NCBI RefSeq assembly: GCF_006345805.1 | Contig: NW_021825685.1 | Span: 1-14,747, forward strand | DNA length: 14,747 bases | Reading direction: 5' to 3' | Source: Octopus sinensis | Lineage: Eukaryota | Shown: in pieces, positions 9,449-14,747 of the stretch | How the letters are laid out: the number at the start of each line of letters is the position of its first letter | Numbering within the stretch: the stretch's first letter is position 1 | The notes under the pieces: generated by a model | Seen by the model: only the letters and a program-made list of their open reading frames with translations | Told to the model about the DNA's origin: nothing | Databases searched by the model: none | Translations under genes and position numbers: made by a program

Positions 9449-10207
9449 TATATATATATATATACGCATGCTGATATATGACCTACGTTGGACTCCTAAT
9501 TCGCATAATCACCGAACCTGAAGCTTAACTATAGTCTGTCCAAAGCACTTACTCAGCATTACTTGACACCTTTGTGTTTTATTGCCACCATTACCTCTCA
9601 TAACCTATATATGTGTGTATATATATATATATACGCACACATACATATATACGTACAAAATACATACATAGCTTGATTGACAGATTTGAAGATATCATAC
9701 ATATAAAAACGTGTGTGCGTGTGTACGTACATATATAATATTTTCTTGATTATAATTATTTTTGAACCGATTTACTCGTCACCTGGTTTAGCACCAACAC
9801 CTTGTACGTGGGTATCTTTTTACCGACCCACAACATTGCAAACATATAAGCGAGATCCGTAGTGAGAAAAGCGATACATGTGTTATCGCTCACCCTCGGA
9901 TTAAAAGCTTAAAATTTATACCCACACATTTCAAATATCCCACGTTTTTGTTTTTCAGAAATCAAATATTTTCATATACACTTTGACCAAATTTGCTCTG
10001 GGTTGCTTCTTACGCAATGGACGACGTATTTTGAACCCATAGAGAATATCTTCAGGATATCTCCAAAGAAATAAACAAGAGACGGAACAAACTGGATACG
10101 CAAAGATGCATGTAAGAAGAATTCTCAGAATCAATACGGAGAAGACTTTACATTTACTAAAATTTAATGCCGTGATGCTACAAGAAGATTTTCAAATTCC
10201 ATAAAGA

Positions 10208-10444
10208 ACTCTTTTACTCTTTTTATTTGTTTCAGTCATTTGACTGCGGCCATGCTGGAGCACCGCCTTTAATCGAGCAACTCGACCTCGGCACTTATTC
10301 TCTGTAAGCCCAGTACTTATTCTATCGGTCTGTTTTGCTGAACCGCTAAGTTACGGGGACATAAACACACCAGCATCGGTTGTCAAGCAATGCTAGGGGG
10401 ACAAACACAGACACACAAACACACACGCATACATATACATATAT

Positions 10445-10519
<75 letters not shown>

Positions 10520-10683
10520 GACGGGCTTCTTTCAGTTTCCGTCAACCAAATCCACTCACAAGGTTTTGGTCGATCCGAGGCTATAGTAGAAGACACTTGC
10601 CCAAGGTGCCATGCAGCGGGACCGAACCCGGAACCATGTGGTTGGTAAACAAGCTACTTACCCCACAGCCACTCCTGCGCCTA
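10208..10683 (-). mobile_element. tRNA-derived SINE family A, best-preserved copy, with internal (TA)n
   Basis: Minus strand: taggcgcaggagtggctgtggggtaag (A-box-like), gggttcggtccc (B-box-like), accttgggcaagt (CORE-like motif), tail actgaaacaaataaaaagagtaaaagagt. Confidence 0.88.
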
Positions 10684-10914
10684 CTCTAAATATTAACATT
10701 GAAATGATTCTATTAAGAAATCTAATATCTTTAAGACTAACGCTCATATAACTTCTGATATTCTGAGAGTAGTTCTAATATTTCAATTCTACAGAGATTT
10801 TAAATGTCGTACTTTGATTGTTTCAGGCTTTTTCCACAAGATCTAACCAAGTAAAACATCCATTATGTAACAGCTGGAGAGAGTGAAGAAGGATTACGGG
10901 GTCAATGCCAACAC

Positions 10915-11064
10915 TCAGCTAGGGCTCATTCTCATCTGAGTAGTTTGCAGCAACGTGAAATATAGCACCATGCTAAGAGTAACATGTATCTTGGTCAAGG
11001 AATCGAACCCACTAACTTACAATTGTGAAGCCAACACTCTAACCACTTCGTCGTGCAGCCTCAC
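10915..11064 (-). mobile_element. Degenerate tRNA-derived SINE head (family D)
   Basis: Minus strand has agtggttagagtgttgg (A-box remnant) and gggttcgattcc (B box) at tRNA spacing. Confidence 0.6.
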
Positions 11065-11639
11065 TTAAGGTCCTTAGTTTTTAAAGAGAATTTATTTTTG
11101 TTGCTGAGTCAAGTGAAAGGGGTGATCTATGGATGCGGTCTGGGATCCCTGTTCGTTGCAGCATCACAGTCCTAGATGTTGGTGCAGCACTCCATTGTGG
11201 TCCTCACCTGAGAAATATTCTAAGAAAATAATAAAAATCGAAGGGAAATTCTAACATGTTAAGAGAAATTCTGAAACGCAAAGGTAAGTTTCAAGATTAA
11301 AGATAAGATTCTAGAATTCTAGTGCCTAAATAATTCTCAAAAGCATTCATATCACTCCGTAATGATGTTGCTGGTATTTTTACTTCCAATGAAAGAAGTA
11401 CCTAAGGCCAAATCATATAAAATACCTCCGCTGCGGCAGCATAAATTTTAGTCCACATATTTTTTTTCACATTAAGATGTATGTAATTTCTATTAGCGCA
11501 AGAATATTGCCGAGGACTACGTCATTGGAATCGCTTGATGAACATTGTTGGTAGTGTTATCGTCTGATCAATCCCACCAACTGGAGCTATTTGCTCTTGT
11601 TATATAAGCAGACTTTGTTGTAGGAGAAAGAGAGAAACC

Positions 11640-11770
11640 CTACGAGGTCGATCGACGTGCTGAAAATAGAATCTAAGTCTTTGTTAAATCACACGCTAAA
11701 ATCTCATAAAGAAATAAAGAACATATCGATTACACATAGTCCTAGGTATATAATTCCTCCAAGACGAGGG
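11640..11770 (+). repeat. Old interspersed repeat fragment with inverted relatives at about 12235-12350 and 12660-12720
   Basis: tcgacgtgctgaaaatag..aaatcacac..cctaggtatat resembles the reverse complement of tatatctagg...tttgagg...gctgttgttttcagtaaatcgag. Confidence 0.4.
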
Positions 11771-12386
11771 TTTGATGACAAGTAGAAAGTATTTGATAAG
11801 TGATCGGTCAGTCAGGATTCATATAAGCCTAGAAAACAATCAAGACGTTTTTATTATTATTATTAAATTTAATTAAACTGTTTTTTATGTTAGAAAGTAT
11901 AACAGATATTAAAAGAGAGAGGTATCAACTTTCAACTACTGGCCAATATTTCCAGACATAAAATATCTTTTTTGTCATACTTTATGGTGTAATATATAAT
12001 TAAGCTTTAGCCAGATCCTGTTTAAATCTATTTTGCTGTTGTTGTAGTTGTCGTCACAATTCTTGAATCCATCCATGGCCACAACTAAAAACGTTCCACA
12101 GCAAAGCGAAACAGATTTCGCTCAAGTTGTTGCTGTTGATGATGTTTACTCCAATATCTACTTCGGTCGGAGAGATATAAAATTAAAGGAGGTTCGCCTG
12201 TGACCATTTCATCTTTTTCTCTATTTTTTATGTTTTCAGACGTAGTATATCTAGGCCACGTGATCAGACATCGGCTCCGTTCTTTCTTAAGATAGCCTGC
12301 TAATATTTGAGGCAGGTTTAGCTGTTGTTTTCAGTAAATCGAGTGAGCACACAGGAAGCTCTATTTTAACTTGGATTTTGGGTCAC

Positions 12387-12445
<59 letters not shown>

Positions 12446-12475
12446 TCTTCTTCTTCTTCTTCTTCATCTTCTTCT
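12387..12475. repeat. (GTA)n followed by (CTT)n microsatellite
   Basis: Direct reading. Confidence 0.95.
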
Positions 12476-13148
12476 TGCTGTTGCTACTGTTGTTCTGGTT
12501 GTGGTTGCAGTTGTTGATCCTAATGTGAGTCCTGAACCCTAAAAGACCCCTAAAAGTAAAGAAATTGGAACCGTCATCATTCTCCGCCCCCACCAACCGC
12601 CCGGTGCATACAGGTGAATCCTAGCCGAAAATATTATCCAATTTAGCGCTCTTTTCGGGGGTTGCGTTTCTGGGATGATTTAACAGCCCTTTCTAGTAGG
12701 TCAAGATTCTACGCAGAGGCTCTCCCTCCTTGTTCACACATATCACATAGCGCCGCTTGCCAAGTCAACACGAAGCCATCTCCAAGCATCTTGTCAATAT
12801 GTTCCTGTATCAGCCACATAACAGCAATTAGCAAACGATGCTGATGAAAATCTCACTTCCAATATATTATATATGTCATCGTGACCTCAATCACTCCCCC
12901 GAAATATACAAAAATGTCGCTCCTCAATACATTCCGAGATTGCTATCATCGTGGTGATACACTAAACTAAGTGGAACTCTTCCCGGCAGGCATTTCACTT
13001 CCCTGGGTTTTTAACTCTTCTTTTTTTTTTTACGTTGCTTTTTTTTAGCTGCATTTCTTTTTCTTTTTCTTGTTTTGAGGGGGTTTTTTTCAGCGTGATT
13101 TACAGAATGAATGTAGGGAGGGAGGGAGAGAAAAAGAGGGGTAGATTG

Positions 13149-13183
<35 letters not shown>

Positions 13184-13225
13184 CAGAAGGGTAGAAAGAA
13201 AGAGAAAGAGAGAGACAGAGAGAGA
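13149..13225. repeat. (GAAA)n/(GA)n purine tract
   Basis: Direct reading. Confidence 0.9.
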
Positions 13226-13339
13226 TCAAGCAAGAGATACAGTGAGATGAAGAGAAAATTGATTTCTTCGTTGATTGATTGGTTCACTGCTTGATTGATT
13301 TGTGAGTACAAGGTTAAAAATAGTTGCATTTACGCACAC

Positions 13340-13376
<37 letters not shown>

Positions 13377-13552
13377 TAAACTCAAACACACATGTATATA
13401 TTTATGTATATATATATATATATATACAAAAGCATTTATGCATACGTGTATAAGCTTCTATGTATATGTATGTAGCGTTTTGCACAGACATAAATATATG
13501 CATTTTTATAAATACATGGTTATATGTATGTGCATATATATATGTATGTGTC

Positions 13553-13855
13553 GAGGCGCAATGGCCTAGTGGTTAGGGCAGCGGACTCGCGGTCGTAGGA
13601 TCGCGGTTTCGATTCCCAGACCGGGCGTTGTGTGTGTTTATTGAACGAAAACACCTAAAAGCTCAACGAGGTTCCGGAAGGGGGTGGTGATCCCTGCTGT
13701 ACTCTTTCACCATTCTTTCTCTCACTCTTTCTTCTGTTGGCCTGCTCGCTTAGCCAGCGGGGTGGCGTCATTCGAAGGCTAAAACAATGCGAACGCATTG
13801 TAACCAGCGATATGTAGCAACATCTGATGGTCTGGTCGGTCACGTGATCACGTGA
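13553..13855 (+). mobile_element. tRNA-derived SINE family B, full length, in a TA-rich tract
   Basis: A box TGGCCTAGTGG 13562-13572; B box GGTTTCGATTCC 13605-13616; tRNA-like head; tail tcacgtgatcacgtga. Confidence 0.9.
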
Positions 13856-13886
13856 TATATGTATGTATATGTAAATATATATATAT

Positions 13887-13920
<34 letters not shown>

Positions 13921-14153
13921 GATATGTATATATACATATATATATTAGGCAAATATATCTATGTCTGTGCGTATGAGTGTGTGTATCTGGGAAAATATTT
14001 ATTGAATGAATAAAGGACTGCTTGACTCATTCAAGTAGGATCATGTTGCTGAAAAAGAAATGGTTGACAGTAACTTCATATTCTCAAATCAGTTGCCCTT
14101 GCTTTTCAACTGGACCGAAACTTAAATGTCATTGTCAGCATTTCTGCGTTGTG

Positions 14154-14156
<3 letters not shown>

Positions 14157-14196
<40 letters not shown>
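14157..14196. repeat. (TA)n microsatellite flanking the terminal element
   Basis: Direct reading. Confidence 0.95.
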
Positions 14197-14199
<3 letters not shown>

Positions 14200-14394
14200 G
14201 AGATTACGGCAGCGTTACTGGATATTAATAGTTATCGCCAAACTAATATGGCAGTCCATAAATATAAGACTAAAGCTGTCGCTGATTAGCTCCAAGAGGC
14301 CATCGCCTCTAGCTAGCTATATGACACACGAACCTGCGTCCATTACAACCTTCGAACACGGGAGGTCAGCCGCTTCACCTTGCTGGTCAGACAT

Positions 14395-14435
14395 CTGCAG
14401 ACATGTTTCAGGGTTGTTGCCCTTTATCAATGCAG
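14395..14435 (-). ncRNA. Hammerhead-like fold, UUGAUAA core variant
   Basis: Exact reverse complement of 14637-14677. Confidence 0.6.
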
Positions 14436-14636
14436 CGTAATCAGACCCAGCGACAGCTTTAGTCTTATATTTATGGACTGCCATATTAGTTTGGCGATAA
14501 TTATTAATATCCAGTAACGCTGCCGTAATCTCCTTTAGAGAGACTTAGTAATTTTAATATTTCTATTATTGAAAACAAGTGGGTGTATTCCACTGAAACA
14601 GACGGTCGCTAGCGACACCTGCTGGGTTTGACTATG

Positions 14637-14677
14637 CTGCATTGATAAAGGGCAACAACCCTGAAACATGTCTGCAG
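14637..14677 (+). ncRNA. Hammerhead-like fold, UUGAUAA core variant
   Basis: CUGCA-UUGAUAA-AGGG-caacaa-CCCU-GAAA-CAUG-UC-UGCAG; 5-bp stem I, 4-bp stem II, palindromic stem III ACAUGU, triplet GUC. Confidence 0.65.
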
Positions 14678-14747
14678 ATGTCTGACCAGCAAGGTGAAGC
14701 GGCTGACCTTCCCTGTTCGAAGGTTATAATGACGCAGGTTCGTGTGT

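Larger units (their letters stand above)
14195..14747. mobile_element. Hammerhead-bearing element with interleaved inverted repeats, running off the window end
   Basis: 14195-14284 is inverted at 14448-14537; 14324-14451 is inverted at 14621-14747. Confidence 0.75.

Noticed and set aside
7391-10689. ORFs sharing similar peptides (LTRLWWVRGYS, STKSTHK)
   Set aside because: Similarity comes from SINE copies, not a protein family
12583-12602. Two GC-box-like CCGCCC motifs
   Set aside because: No other promoter evidence; flanked by old repeat fragments
12841-12860. CTGATGA motif
   Set aside because: No stem II, GAAA-stem III or stem I context
13553-13628. Possible tRNA gene
   Set aside because: The acceptor stem is not intact and the sequence continues into a SINE body duplicated at 7868-8166

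Overview
AT-rich, microsatellite-dense eukaryotic non-coding DNA (intronic or intergenic). The repeat families resemble those I recall from octopus/cephalopod genomes; this is inference, not a database result. No confident host gene is present, and almost all listed ORFs are microsatellite or repeat artefacts. The window holds several tRNA-derived SINE families, many simple repeats and one short CCCH zinc-finger-like ORF inside a microsatellite-bounded segment. The most notable signal is at least three unrelated short non-coding elements (1041-2696, 9217-9448, 14195-14747). Each sits in or next to (TA)n and carries a minimal type I hammerhead ribozyme fold with a palindromic stem III and, in two families, a variant catalytic core. 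Two of them show tandem and/or inverted duplication, the architecture known for Penelope-like element pseudo-LTRs and non-autonomous retrozymes. Weaker, degenerate hammerhead-like motifs occur in three further microsatellite-bounded segments.
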